A stretch of 48,763 nucleotides of DNA from Sedimentisphaerales bacterium. Its GTDB lineage: Bacteria > Planctomycetota > Phycisphaerae > Sedimentisphaerales > SM23-30. Every line of letters starts with the position of its first letter. The first letter of the stretch is position 1. A program made the position numbers and the translations under genes. A model generated the notes under the pieces. It was not told where the DNA came from. It made no database searches and worked only from the letters and a program-made list of their open reading frames with translations. This document shows, piece after piece, positions 9,947 to 20,509 of this stretch. The DNA lies in contig CAXXMR010000028.1 in NCBI GenBank assembly GCA_963663805.2, forward strand, positions 1 to 48,763, read 5' to 3'.

Positions 9947-11539
9947 ATGCAATCAATCTCGATTTTGCTTGCGGTTTCAACCCCCGTGGTGATTTTGGTT
10001 TCTTTTTTATGTCTTATCGCCGGGGCGGTTCTCTGCTGGCTCGCCCAGCACATGATGGGTAATTCGCGTTTACAGATCGCCGAAGGAAAGGTCAAAAACA
10101 TTCTCGACGATGCGCGGCAGCAGGCCGAAAATGTCGTGAAAACCGCCGAGTTGGAATCCAAAGCGGAGGCAATTCAGCGCCGCGAAGAATTCGAACGCGA
10201 AGCTGCCAAAATGCGCGATGAGCTCCGCGACCTCGAACGCCACCTCACCAAACGCGAAGATACTGTTGACCGGAAATGGGAAACCGTTACCAACAAAGAA
10301 AAAAATCTCGACGAGCGCGACCAGAAACTCAGCCAGAGAGAACGTGAAATTTCTAACAAGGATAAGCAGTTAAGCACGACTCTCCAGGAACAGCGTTCCC
10401 AGCTTTTGGCGTATTAGTAATATGTCAATTGAGGAAGCCAAGGAACTGCTTCTGCTGCGTATCGAAAACGAGGTTCGCCACGAAGCCGCCAACCTTATCG
10501 AAAGAATCATCACCGAAGCCAAGGAAGAAGCAACCTCCAAGAGCCGCGAAATCACCCTGAATGCCATCCAGCGTTTTGCCGCTGAGCATACCTGCGATAG
10601 CACGGTTTCCACCGTAGATATACCAAACGACGACATGAAGGGCCGGGTCATTGGTCGTGAAGGGCGTAACATTCGCTCCTTCGAAAAAGCTACCGGCGTT
10701 GATGTTATTATCGACGATACCCCCGGCGTGGTTGTGGTTTCCGCTTTCGACCCGGTTCGTCGCGAAATCGCCCGCATTAGCCTGGAAAAACTCATCCAGG
10801 ACGGACGTATCCACCCCGCCCGCATTGAGGAAGTCGTCATTGAAACCCAAAAAGAAATGGACGAAAAACTCTTCGAAGCTGGCAAAAAAGTCGTGCTTGA
10901 AGCCAACCTTAACGGTATCAACACCAAGCTTTACCCCTTGCTCGGTCGCCTGAATTACCGTACCTCTTATGGCCAGAACGTTCTCCGACACAGTATCGAA
11001 AGTTGCGTTCCTCTCCCAGGTCATGGCCGAGGAACTCGGACTCGACGGCGATCTCGCTCGTCGGTGCGGCCTGCTCCACGACATCGGCAAAGCCGCCGAC
11101 CATGAAATGGAAGGTGGCCATCCAGCCATCGGTGCCGACATCGTCAAACGTTACAACGAAAGACCCGAAGTCCTCAACGCCATTGCCGGCCATCACGGCG
11201 ACCTGCCCGCGATTTCACCTTATACCCCGCTGGTAGCCGCCGCCGATGCCATGAGCGCATCACGTCCCGGCGCTCGTCGCGAAAACTCTCGAACGTTACA
11301 TCAAACGCCTGGAGCAGCTTGAGGAAATCGCCACCAGCTTCAAAGGTGCCCGACAGGCTTACGCTATCCAGGCTGGCCGTGAAGTACGCGTAATCGTCGA
11401 CCCCGAAAACGTCGATGATGCCGGTGCCTGGAAAATCGCTCGCGACATCGCCAAGAAGGTCGAAGCCGAACTCACCTATCCTGGTGAAGTCAAAGTCACC
11501 CTTCTCCGCGAAGTACGCTGCGTAGAATATGCCAGATAA
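9947..11539 (+). CDS. rny: ribonuclease Y (3 apparent indels at ~10410, ~11000, ~11284)
   Basis: N-terminal TM, coiled coil, KH motif [25 protein letters not shown] motif [28 protein letters not shown]. Confidence 0.97.
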
Positions 11540-11561
11540 AACAGTTGTGTAAGGACAGATA

Positions 11562-12413
11562 ATGCTGGTTAAGTTACTTTGTGTGGGGGATATTGTAGGT
11601 CGGCCGGGACGACAGATGCTCGCTGACCACCTCGTCCACCTCGTCAAAGAGCACGACATCGACTGCACCATCGTCAACGCCGAAAATGTCGCCGGCGGCT
11701 CAGGCCTGACCAACGCCATCTACGACAAACTTATAAAGTACGGTGTCAACCTCATCACCCTCGGCGACCACGTCTACCGCAAACGCGAAATCGTCAACAC
11801 GCTCAACAGCTCTAGTTGCATCGTCCGGCCCGCCAACCTTTCGCCCCTCGCCGCCGGCAAGGAATACGCCATCTACCAGACCAAACGCGGCCCCAAAGTC
11901 GCCGTCATAACCATACTCGGCCGCATGTACATGTCCATGCCCGGCGACAACCCGCTCATTGCCATCGACCGTATATTGCAAAAACTTCCCCCCGGTATTG
12001 ACATCGTCGTTGTGGAAATCCACGCCGAGGCAACCAGCGAAAAAATCTGTATGGGCTGGCATCTCGACGGTCGTGTTAGCGCTGTTTTCGGCACCCACAC
12101 CCACGTCACCACCGCCGACGAAACCGTACTGCCCAAAGGCACAGCCTACATTACCGACCTCGGTATGACTGGCCCCCATAAATCCGTACTCGGACGCGAC
12201 ATCGAACGTGTCCTCCAGGCCAACATTACCCAGATGCCCTTCCCCTTCAGCATCGCCACCGAGGATTTGCGCCTAAATGGAATCATCGTAACCGTCGAAT
12301 CCCTCACTGGCCGAGCTGTCGATATCCAGCGAGTCTGCATCTGCGGAACTCACGAGCCAGGCCAGGCCTACGACGAAGACGACGGTAAACCAGACAACTA
12401 TAATAATCACTGA
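11562..12413 (+). CDS. ymdB: TIGR00282/YmdB family metallophosphoesterase
   Basis: GDIVGRPG, NAEN, TLGDH, HAEATSEK, GTHTHV, TDLGMTGP; canonical position after rny. Confidence 0.93.
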   Translation: MLVKLLCVGDIVGRPGRQMLADHLVHLVKEHDIDCTIVNAENVAGGSGLTNAIYDKLIKYGVNLITLGDHVYRKREIVNTLNSSSCIVRPANLSPLAAGKEYAIYQTKRGPKVAVITILGRMYMSMPGDNPLIAIDRILQKLPPGIDIVVVEIHAEATSEKICMGWHLDGRVSAVFGTHTHVTTADETVLPKGTAYITDLGMTGPHKSVLGRDIERVLQANITQMPFPFSIATEDLRLNGIIVTVESLTGRAVDIQRVCICGTHEPGQAYDEDDGKPDNYNNH

Positions 12414-14027
12414 TGGCCCAGCACGAATTTCTATTTTTCGACAACCAGCCTGAACCGCGGCCCCAAACCCGCGACACCCAAGCCGCGCCCTGCGCCCAGA
12501 CCTGCCCAAAAAAAACGCTGCCAAAATACCTGATGTAATGACCGTCACTCACCTGACACGTCTCATCAAATTCGCCCTCGCCGATAAATTGCCCCAAAGA
12601 TTGACCATCACCGGCGAAATCTCAAATTTCAAACATCACGGCAGCGGCCATTTGTATCTCACTCTCAAAGACGAAAATTCCCAGATTACCGCCGTAATGT
12701 GGCGCAGCGCGCCGCCGACCGACTCAAGTTCCGTCCCAACGACGGCCAGGCAGTAGTCGCCACCGGCCGTGTAGACATCTTCGAACCCCAGGGCAAATAT
12801 CAGTTCTATATCGACAAACTCGAACCGTCCGGTACCGGCGCATTGGAATTAGCCTTTCGACAGCTTGCCGAAAAACTTCGTGCCGAAGGACTTTTCAACC
12901 CCGAACACAAAAAGAGCGTCCCCTGTTTTCCCCGTACCATCGCCATCATCACCAGCCCCACCGGCGCCGCCATCGAGGACATCGGCAACACCCTCCAACG
13001 CCGCTGGCCTATCGCCCGCAAACTGCTCTATCCCGTCGCCGTCCAGGGCCCAGCCGCCGCACCCGAAATCGCCCACGCCCTAAACGCCCTCAACCAACAT
13101 GCCTCAAGATTTGGCGGTATAGATGTAATCATCCTTTCTCGCGGCGGCGGCAGTATCGAAGACCTGTGGGCTTTCAACGAAGAAATCGTCGCCCGTGCCG
13201 TCTACGCTTCGGAGATCCCCATCATTGCCGGCGTAGGCCATGAAGTTGATGTCACCATCGCCGAATTGGTCGCCGACCAACGCGCCGCCACTCCCACCGC
13301 CGCTGCCGAGCTAGCCGTCCCTGTTTTAGCCGAGGTCAGACAAGCCGTCCTTCAAACCCAACAGCGAATTTCGCTGGCCCTTACCCGCCGCCTGGATTCC
13401 GAACGTCAGAAAATCCAAACTATCGCCGCCCGCCCAATCTTCGCTCGCCCCCTCGATTTGGTAAATTACCCCCAGCAGCGAATCGACCATCTCGAATCAC
13501 AGCTAAAACGCCACCTCTCCGAACGACTGCACGCCGAATCACGTAAATTACAGGGACATACAAACGTAATCCGCCGCATCGAACCCCATAACGCCCTCAA
13601 TGCCGCTTGTACTCGTCTGACCGAGCATCGCCATCAGCTCGACAACGCCGTTAAACAGGCCATCCGCCAAAACCGAGAACTAACCAAAGAACTTGCCCTC
13701 AATTTAAAAGCCGCTCAACCCACCCGCGCCATCACTCAGCACCGCGAAAAAATTAATAATCTTCAAGAACGCATCGTTCGCTCCCAGCATAACTATAACT
13801 GGCGCATCACCCAAACACTCACCGCTATCCAGCAGCGGCTCCAAAACCTGGACCCTCGTTCCGTACTAAAACGCGGCTACAGCATAACCCGCAATGAAGA
13901 CGGCACGATTATAAGAGAACCTGCCCAACTCCAACCGGGCCAGAAAATCACCTCCGAACTAACCGGCGGATACATAGTGCAAAGCCAAATTACCAACAAG
14001 CCCAACCAGAGAAAGGATAACTCATGA
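12413..14027 (+). CDS. xseA: exodeoxyribonuclease VII large subunit (apparent indels near 12500 and ~12710; alternative start 12538)
   Basis: GEISNFK...[56 protein letters not shown]. Confidence 0.95.
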
Positions 14028-14233
14028 CCGACAATCAAAAAGAACTGACTTTCGAACAAGCCCTCGCCGAACTTGAAAAAATCGTCGCCGATGTCGAACA
14101 GGGCAAAATCTCACTGGAAGAAAGCATCGTCCGTTACGAACGCGGCATGAAACTAATCAGCCACTGCCGAGAGGTGCTGGACTCCGCCGAAAAAAGAATC
14201 GAAACCATCAACAAACAAGCCGAACCAAAATAA
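14024..14233 (+). CDS. xseB: exodeoxyribonuclease VII small subunit
   Basis: FEQALAELEKIV...LEESIVRYERG; overlaps the xseA stop. Confidence 0.95.
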   Translation: MTDNQKELTFEQALAELEKIVADVEQGKISLEESIVRYERGMKLISHCREVLDSAEKRIETINKQAEPK

Positions 14234-14263
14234 CCAGTCATTCACGTAAGGCAGCACCACACA

Positions 14264-14354
14264 TATCAGAGCCGCGCCCGTCAGTAAGCGGTATATTACT
14301 TCACCCCCCATCGGAACCGCGCACGTATCAGAGCCGCGCACGTCAGTAAGCGGT
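14264..14354. repeat. REP-like direct repeats (two 29-nt copies plus one partial copy)
   Basis: TATCAGAGCCGCGC(C/A)CGTCAGTAAGCGGT at 14264-14292 and 14326-14354; partial TCGGAACCGCGCACGT at 14311-14326; located between convergent genes. Confidence 0.75.
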
Positions 14355-14378
14355 GCCGTTCCCTCATGCCTTATCTAA

Positions 14379-16196
14379 TCACTCCCCTACATACTGCCCT
14401 GCTGCCCGACGCTTACTCGAAATCGAAGGATTACCCCGGCATATCGTCCCTATCAGAACTTTCGCTTCGTCAGCTTCCAAACTGTCAGGCCACTGCTCCA
14501 GAATATCATCACATTCCTTCAACGCGCTTTGCTTCGACAACCGCTTCTGCACATAAGCAACCTGAAGTTTCCGCTTGGCTTGAGGCTCAGAAACCTTCTC
14601 CACAACTTCCGGAGCCTTAACTTCCTCAACAACCGCCGCTGCTTCAGCCGCTTCCTCAGCCTGGCCCGCATCATCCTTACCGCCCGCGGTTTCAATACGC
14701 GCCATCGTCGTCACAACTTCCGGCACACTTTCCATCGCCTCGGCAATCTGGGCCGCGATAACCATCTGCGGTAATATGCCGCCCACCGGACCCATATATC
14801 TTATCTTCCCTTGGGTATCCACCAGCAGCATAATCGGGGCCGCCGCCGGAAGACCTTCTAGCTGTCCCGCGTTTATCGGGTCTCCTTGCAAGCACACCGG
14901 CCACGGACAAGGAAGCTCAACCGCCATTGTCGCAATCTGCTTTTGAGTGTCACTATTTAACTCGTCCAGATTTATCGCCGCCGTCACCACCCGCCCCGTA
15001 GCAACTGTGTCTTCAAACAGCCAGCGGAACTGGTCCATATTCTTCCACAAATCTTCCGTCGGGTCCGGAATGTCCAACTTGCCCGCATTAGCCGGTATCA
15101 TCTCTTGCCCCATATCCATCGTCAGCAGATTCACCCCCGAACCGCTTCGCCTGGCTGTTGCCCGTGGTTTGTTGTCTTCATTGGCAGACGTCCACAGCAG
15201 CGAACACAAAATCTGACCCTGCCCCGGCCGGAACGAAAACGTACTGTGATTGAAATTCATCAACTGCACCGCCGGAAAATCCTCGCCCAACTGCTCATAA
15301 GGCATGCAGTTCAGTTTCAACTTCAAATAACTTTTGCCCTTCAGCTTGACAGTTTCGGTCTCTGCACCCGAAGGACGCTTGCCCGGCGAACGATGAGTGC
15401 CGCCCGGATAACCGCCCGGTCCCATCTCCATCCCCGGACCCATCGGCATATCCATCATTGGCATGTCCATATCCATATTCATTCCCGGCGGCATACCCTG
15501 CGGCCCCCTTCCCGGTATCTGACCGTTCCCGCCTCTGTCGCTGCCCCCGCTTCGGTCACGACTGAAACGACTCCGCCGTTCCGGCGCTTCAGATTTCCGT
15601 TCGGACTTACTGGCCGCCGCCGAATTAGGATCACCGCCCTGCGTCGCCGCACCGCTTACTTCCGCATTCTCCGCCGACGCAGCCTCAGTCTCCCGCGCTA
15701 GCGCTGCGTTCTCCAAGACATACTTGCCCGCTTGAACCTTCGACAGTACTTCCTTCATCGCCTGATAGTCACCCCAGTAGCAAGACATCGCCACCAGGGC
15801 CTCAACCGCTTCCAGGCTCTCAGGTGCCGAATCATAAGCAGCCTTAGCTTCCGCTACCGCCGTCGCTCCGTCCCTGGAAAAATGAGCCAGCAAGGATTTG
15901 ATGAGATGCAGCGGAGCCTCTTCATCTGTATTGAACCGCTTAATCAGGTCTTCGCTCTCTACAAACTGCTTGAGTATTACCTCGATATCCACTTTCGCCA
16001 GCGGCATCATCCCCGCCAGATGATCCTGCAGAAGCTGTTGAGATAATTGCTCAAAATACCGCGCTTCTTCCTGAACCTCACGACCCCGCGTCGGGCTCGC
16101 CCCGCTGCGTCCTTGTCCCCAGGCCGAAGATGCAAACATTATCATCCCCGCCGCCAGCACAACAATTAATACCCGCTTGATTCTCGGAACCATCAT
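14379..16196 (-). CDS. secreted hypothetical protein: TPR-like N-terminus, Met/Gly/Pro-rich linker, thioredoxin-like fold, C-terminal helical repeat
   Basis: Signal peptide ...ASSAWG; 605-aa ORF; LLVDTQGKIRYMG resembles a redoxin strand; C-terminal ILEQWPDSLEA. Confidence 0.75.
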   Translation of the reverse strand: MMVPRIKRVLIVVLAAGMIMFASSAWGQGRSGASPTRGREVQEEARYFEQLSQQLLQDHLAGMMPLAKVDIEVILKQFVESEDLIKRFNTDEEAPLHLIKSLLAHFSRDGATAVAEAKAAYDSAPESLEAVEALVAMSCYWGDYQAMKEVLSKVQAGKYVLENAALARETEAASAENAEVSGAATQGGDPNSAAASKSERKSEAPERRSRFSRDRSGGSDRGGNGQIPGRGPQGMPPGMNMDMDMPMMDMPMGPGMEMGPGGYPGGTHRSPGKRPSGAETETVKLKGKSYLKLKLNCMPYEQLGEDFPAVQLMNFNHSTFSFRPGQGQILCSLLWTSANEDNKPRATARRSGSGVNLLTMDMGQEMIPANAGKLDIPDPTEDLWKNMDQFRWLFEDTVATGRVVTAAINLDELNSDTQKQIATMAVELPCPWPVCLQGDPINAGQLEGLPAAAPIMLLVDTQGKIRYMGPVGGILPQMVIAAQIAEAMESVPEVVTTMARIETAGGKDDAGQAEEAAEAAAVVEEVKAPEVVEKVSEPQAKRKLQVAYVQKRLSKQSALKECDDILEQWPDSLEADEAKVLIGTICRGNPSISSKRRAAGQYVGE

Positions 16197-16452
16197 GTTT
16201 CAAACCTCATTGTTCTTTTCATTATCACCTGCCAGACCCGCTGGGCCTGCCCTCATTATGCATATAGTAGATTGTACTGTCTTTTTAACAAATGGCAATC
16301 AGTTTGACTTATCCCTTCAAAATCTAACTGCCCTTGCTCCATCCAATTTCTCGAATTAAACTTGAAATAATCCATATTTTCTCCGAAAAAACGACCAAAA
16401 ATCAAAAAAAACGCGAAAAAATCGTCGAAAATCGTCCATTTGAGCCTCAAAT

Positions 16453-16470
16453 GCGCTGAAATTTCAGCGC
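16453..16470. promoter_or_regulatory. perfect 18-bp palindrome, candidate operator
   Basis: GCGCTGAAATTTCAGCGC in the divergent intergenic region before aspS. Confidence 0.4.
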
Positions 16471-16586
16471 GATTACACGCTTATTGACCAATGATTATAA
16501 ATCGGTTATCCTATTCCGCTTATGCCGGTAACGGACCGGCCCAATTTCTGAAATGCCGAATAAACAGGCGAACGTGGAATTTTATT

Positions 16587-18389
16587 ATGCTTAAACGTAC
16601 ACACAGTTGCGGCCAGCTGCGGGCGGCCGATCAGGGTAAAGATGTCATAATTTCAGGATGGGTAAACTCTTACAGAGATCACGGTGGAGTCGTATTTATC
16701 GACTTACGCGACCGCGAAGGACTTACCCAGCTCGTTTTTAACCCCGAAGAAACCAGCCCCGAAGCCCACAAAATCGCCCGTGACCTCCGTACCGAATGGG
16801 TCATCGCCGCCAAAGGAACCGTACGTTCCCGAGCCCAAGGCATGGCCAACCCCAAACTACCCACCGGCGAAATCGAGATTATGGCACAGCAAATCGAGGT
16901 TTTCAATAAAGCTGAAACCCCGCCTTTCGAAATCGATGGAACCGATAAAATCAATGAAGAACTGAGGTTACGTTATCGCTACATCGACCTCCGCTCTCGT
17001 CGGATGCAGGAAATCATGAGAGTCCGCAACCGCGCGACAGCTCTCATTCGCAAGCATCATCTTGAAAACGGATTCTACGAAATCGAAACACCTATTCTCG
17101 GCAAGAGTACCCCCGAAGGCGCCCGAGACTTCCTGGTGCCTTCCCGCCTTTCCGAAGGCAGTTTCTATGCGTTACCTCAGTCGCCCCAGTTGTTTAAGCA
17201 AATTCTTATGGTTGGCGGCATGGAGAGATATTTCCAGGTTGCGCGCTGTTTCCGCGATGAGGATCCCCGGGCCGACCGCCAGGTTGAGTTCACCCAGATT
17301 GACGTTGAGATGAGCTTTATTGACATGGAAGACATTATCGCCATTACTGAGCAGGGTTTCGCCAAAGTCTGGAAAGAAATCCTCGACATCGACATCCCCC
17401 TGCCCCTGCCCCGCATGACCTACAAAGACGCGGTCGAAAATTACGGCATTGACCGGCCCGACACCCGTTTTGAAATGCTCCTCAAAAATATCACCGACAT
17501 CGCGCAAAACTGTGAATTCAAAGTATTTAGCACAGTTACTGGTAATGGCGGCATCGTCAAGGGCATCTGTGCTCCCGGCGCTGCCACCTATTCTCGTGCT
17601 GATATTGAGAAGGGACTCACGGAATTTGTCGCGGGCTATGGTGCCCGTGGTTTAGCCTGGTTCAAGGTCATCGAAGCTGAGACCGAAACCGGGGCTGACC
17701 TCAATAGTAATCTCACTAAATTCTTCACCGACCAGCAGCGGCAGGACATCATCAACCGTTTCGGTGCTAAACCCGGCGACCTGGTGCTCATGGTTGCTTC
17801 TGATGTTGATACCGTTCATAAGTCATTGGCGGCACTGCGTTGCAAGCTCGGCGAAGATCTCGGCCTGGCTCGCGATGACCAGTATAATTTCCTGTGGGTT
17901 GTCGATTTTCCGCTCATGGAGTTCAACAAGGACGAGAACCGCTGGGACTCGCTGCACCATCCATTCACCGCGCCTCGGCCCGAAGATATGGATAAACTGG
18001 ATGAAAATCCGCAGGAAGTTCTTTCCCAGGCGTATGATATAATCCTTAATGGTAATGAGGTCGGTGGCGGCAGTATTCGTATCCATCAGCCCGAAATCCA
18101 GGCCAAAGTCTTCTCGCTGCTGGGAATTTCCGACGAAACAGCGCAGGAACGCTTCGGATTCTTCCTCAAAGCTCTAAAATACGGAGCCCCGCCCCACGGC
18201 GGCATCGCCTGGGGACTTGACCGGCTGGTAATGCTGCTGACCGGTACTGATAATATTCGCGACGTAATCGCGTTCCCCAAGACCCAGAAGGGCCAGTGTT
18301 TACTGACCGACGCCCCCGGTGGTGTCGAAGAAGCCCAGCTTGAGGAGCTTCATATCGCGATCAAGCATCAAGGGCCCAAGACTAATTAG
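16587..18389 (+). CDS. aspS: aspartate--tRNA ligase
   Basis: [63 protein letters not shown]. Confidence 0.98.
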   Translation: MLKRTHSCGQLRAADQGKDVIISGWVNSYRDHGGVVFIDLRDREGLTQLVFNPEETSPEAHKIARDLRTEWVIAAKGTVRSRAQGMANPKLPTGEIEIMAQQIEVFNKAETPPFEIDGTDKINEELRLRYRYIDLRSRRMQEIMRVRNRATALIRKHHLENGFYEIETPILGKSTPEGARDFLVPSRLSEGSFYALPQSPQLFKQILMVGGMERYFQVARCFRDEDPRADRQVEFTQIDVEMSFIDMEDIIAITEQGFAKVWKEILDIDIPLPLPRMTYKDAVENYGIDRPDTRFEMLLKNITDIAQNCEFKVFSTVTGNGGIVKGICAPGAATYSRADIEKGLTEFVAGYGARGLAWFKVIEAETETGADLNSNLTKFFTDQQRQDIINRFGAKPGDLVLMVASDVDTVHKSLAALRCKLGEDLGLARDDQYNFLWVVDFPLMEFNKDENRWDSLHHPFTAPRPEDMDKLDENPQEVLSQAYDIILNGNEVGGGSIRIHQPEIQAKVFSLLGISDETAQERFGFFLKALKYGAPPHGGIAWGLDRLVMLLTGTDNIRDVIAFPKTQKGQCLLTDAPGGVEEAQLEELHIAIKHQGPKTN

Positions 18390-19728
18390 AGCTAAAGGTG
18401 CCGGGGCGGTGAGCCATTTCCAGAATTGGTTCACTGCCGGTCACTTGTCTCAAAAGTTTCAGGCCCGCCTCGATAGGGATACCGAAATTACTCCCGGAGA
18501 ATCCTCTCAGCAGGGCGGTATTGATAGCGACGACCTTGCCATCACAGCCCAGGACCGGAGCACCTGAGCCTCCGATGGCGGTCTGGGCATCATAGATAAT
18601 TTTACCGGGCGCGATTCGGCCACACATGCCGCGTGTGGCCACGGGTTGAATCATTTTTTTGCGGGCCAGATTATGCGCGATGCTGTCAAAGCTGCCGTCG
18701 CCGCCGAGTACATCAGCTAATTCATCTTTATCCATTCTTGCCAGCATGACATCAAAGCCGGTTGGATAGCCGAGAACGATGACAGTTTGGCCGACCTTGA
18801 GGCTGTTAGCATTGTTTGCACAATCCAGAATTGGTATGTCAGCCAAATCGCCTGGGGCTTTTAGTAAAGCGACATCTTCGTTTTCGGCACAAGCTATCAA
18901 CTCCAGTTCGACAGGATTTACGCGGTCGCCGAAGAAAGCGCGGAACATACACAACTTTGGTTCGTAACCAGCGGCCAGTACATGCTGATATTCATCCGCG
19001 ACCAGCCACGGTTTGGTTACATGCTGATTGGTTAAAATATATCCACGTTTATTAACGAGAAAACCTGTGCCGGTATATTGAATGAGTAAAGCCCGGCCTG
19101 TGCCTGATGTGCTTACCGGCATGAGCTGGGTTTCCAGTTCGGTGGGAGTTTGGCTGGAATAGCGCAGCGGCTGTTTAGTTATCGGGTCTATAAAAGTATA
19201 TTCCCCCTGAATTAGACACACTCCGCCCGATAAGTCAGCGACGATTTCTTCGGAACTGCGATATTCTTTGTGCAGTTCATTTAGTTGAGCCAGTGAATTA
19301 TTGACCTGTTGATTCAAACACGCCAACTGAGCCTGTAGGTGCTGAGGGATTATATTATCGTTGCCCTGCCTCTCCTGCTGCATTTGATAGACTTTAATGG
19401 TAAGGTCTTCGATAGAATCGCGCAGTTGACTTAACTGGTTGGCATCTTCGGGATATTTGTATTCGGCTTCACTTCGCCCCTGGATAAGCTCCTCGTGAAT
19501 TTTCTTATCGAAACCCTCACACACCACCGCGAATTGCCGGGCGATTCTTGTTTGCTGACGATTCTGTTGTATCTCCTGTCGGCTGCTTAGCTGTTTGAGC
19601 TGGCGGATCTGCTGGTACTGCCAAAGAAGCATGCTGCCTAGTACGAATATAAGGCATATACAAACAACGACCCATAACCGTGAAGTTTTGGTTACGGCGT
19701 TATTATAAGCATGTAAACCCTGCTGCAT
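18382..19728 (-). CDS. membrane-anchored trypsin-like serine protease with coiled coil
   Basis: N-terminal TM ([19 protein letters not shown]) and Gln-rich coil; GTGFLV, TNQHV (His), EDVALL (Asp), GGSGAP (Ser). Start taken at ATG 19728. Confidence 0.85.
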   Translation of the reverse strand: MQQGLHAYNNAVTKTSRLWVVVCICLIFVLGSMLLWQYQQIRQLKQLSSRQEIQQNRQQTRIARQFAVVCEGFDKKIHEELIQGRSEAEYKYPEDANQLSQLRDSIEDLTIKVYQMQQERQGNDNIIPQHLQAQLACLNQQVNNSLAQLNELHKEYRSSEEIVADLSGGVCLIQGEYTFIDPITKQPLRYSSQTPTELETQLMPVSTSGTGRALLIQYTGTGFLVNKRGYILTNQHVTKPWLVADEYQHVLAAGYEPKLCMFRAFFGDRVNPVELELIACAENEDVALLKAPGDLADIPILDCANNANSLKVGQTVIVLGYPTGFDVMLARMDKDELADVLGGDGSFDSIAHNLARKKMIQPVATRGMCGRIAPGKIIYDAQTAIGGSGAPVLGCDGKVVAINTALLRGFSGSNFGIPIEAGLKLLRQVTGSEPILEMAHRPGTFSSN

Positions 19729-19861
19729 AAAATTTGGTTCCGATAAATACTTTATAATGTCCAAGTGCATACCATATATCAATGCATCGTCACCCGCGAA
19801 GAGCGACTTTTGTGTATTCAAAAAAAAATTAGATTTGTATTTATGGCTAACCCCTACCTCA

Positions 19862-20151
19862 GCCGATATTTCACTTGTACACGGAGTGTCGGTCGGAAAA
19901 ACTGGTAAGGGCAGAAAACTCGTTCCCACCAGCAAGTCTCGACGCTATCGGAATATTGATAATGTTTAATAGTGCGCTGGATTTTTGGAAACCGATTTTA
20001 GGATTAATTGGTCTTTCCAAAATGACGATAGGACCCACAGCAATACGGTGTTTCCGGAGGGAGCACTGGCAGTGAAAGTGGCAGAAAACACCCACTTTTG
20101 CCAGGACGCTGGAGGTTGATGTTTAGCAGAGCATCAGCCTCATTTTTTTTT
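19862..20151 (+). ncRNA. candidate structured sRNA or cis-element ending in an intrinsic terminator
   Basis: Six consecutive G-U-containing hairpins followed by a terminator, with no + strand gene upstream. Confidence 0.4.
20112..20151 (+). terminator. intrinsic terminator (orphan)
   Basis: GAGGTTGATGTTT/GAGCATCAGCCTC 13-bp stem followed by A and T9. Confidence 0.7.
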
Positions 20152-20417
20152 GTGCGGTGCGTATCGCACTCATAGACCGCCGCGGTCGCTAGACGTATTT
20201 GGCGCTCCCGCTAGTCGCTTTCTTGGTTGGCAAGCATGGCCAGCTTTTCTGGAAATTCTAAGCAATAAACTCGAAATTCAAACAATATTGAAACAGAAAA
20301 ATCTTAAACTTCGAACAACAGGCAAAATTGACAGGTTTTGGTGGTCTAATCCCGGTGTTCGCGTTTCGGGCTTTCGTTGTATTTGGTGATAGTCGGTTGG
20401 TGGGGGGGTATATGTTC

Positions 20418-20445
20418 TTGCTTATATGGGATGAGGTTCTATAAT
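20418..20445 (+). promoter_or_regulatory. sigma70-type promoter of the nitroreductase operon
   Basis: TTGCTT-N16-TATAAT. Confidence 0.5.
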
Positions 20446-20509
20446 AATTATGTGATATGAAAAACGGACCTTGGGTCCTTGTATGGGCTTATTTGCTTAG
20501 GAGACAAAA

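Noticed and set aside
9702..10161. Minus-strand ORFs of 92-93 aa over the rny leader and 5' end
   Set aside because: No recognisable motifs, and they overlap rny antisense; treated as shadow ORFs.
14264..14354. Possible mini-CRISPR (29-nt repeats, 33-nt gap)
   Set aside because: Only two repeats, the gap itself contains a partial repeat, and there is no cas gene or leader.
19729..19935. N-terminal extensions in the ORF track (protease to 19935; also aspS 16491, groEL 26799, lacI 29227, iclR 41484)
   Set aside because: The extensions precede the family-typical starts or overlap predicted promoters.
20046..20068. SRP RNA helix-8 resemblance (TCCGGAGGGAGCA)
   Set aside because: Lacks the CAGG/AGCA symmetric loop; here the stem is fully paired.
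20152..20187. Two further inverted repeats (GTGCGGTGCGTATCGCAC; GACCGCCGCGGTC)
   Set aside because: Short and GC-rich, downstream of the terminator, with no supporting context; may be chance.
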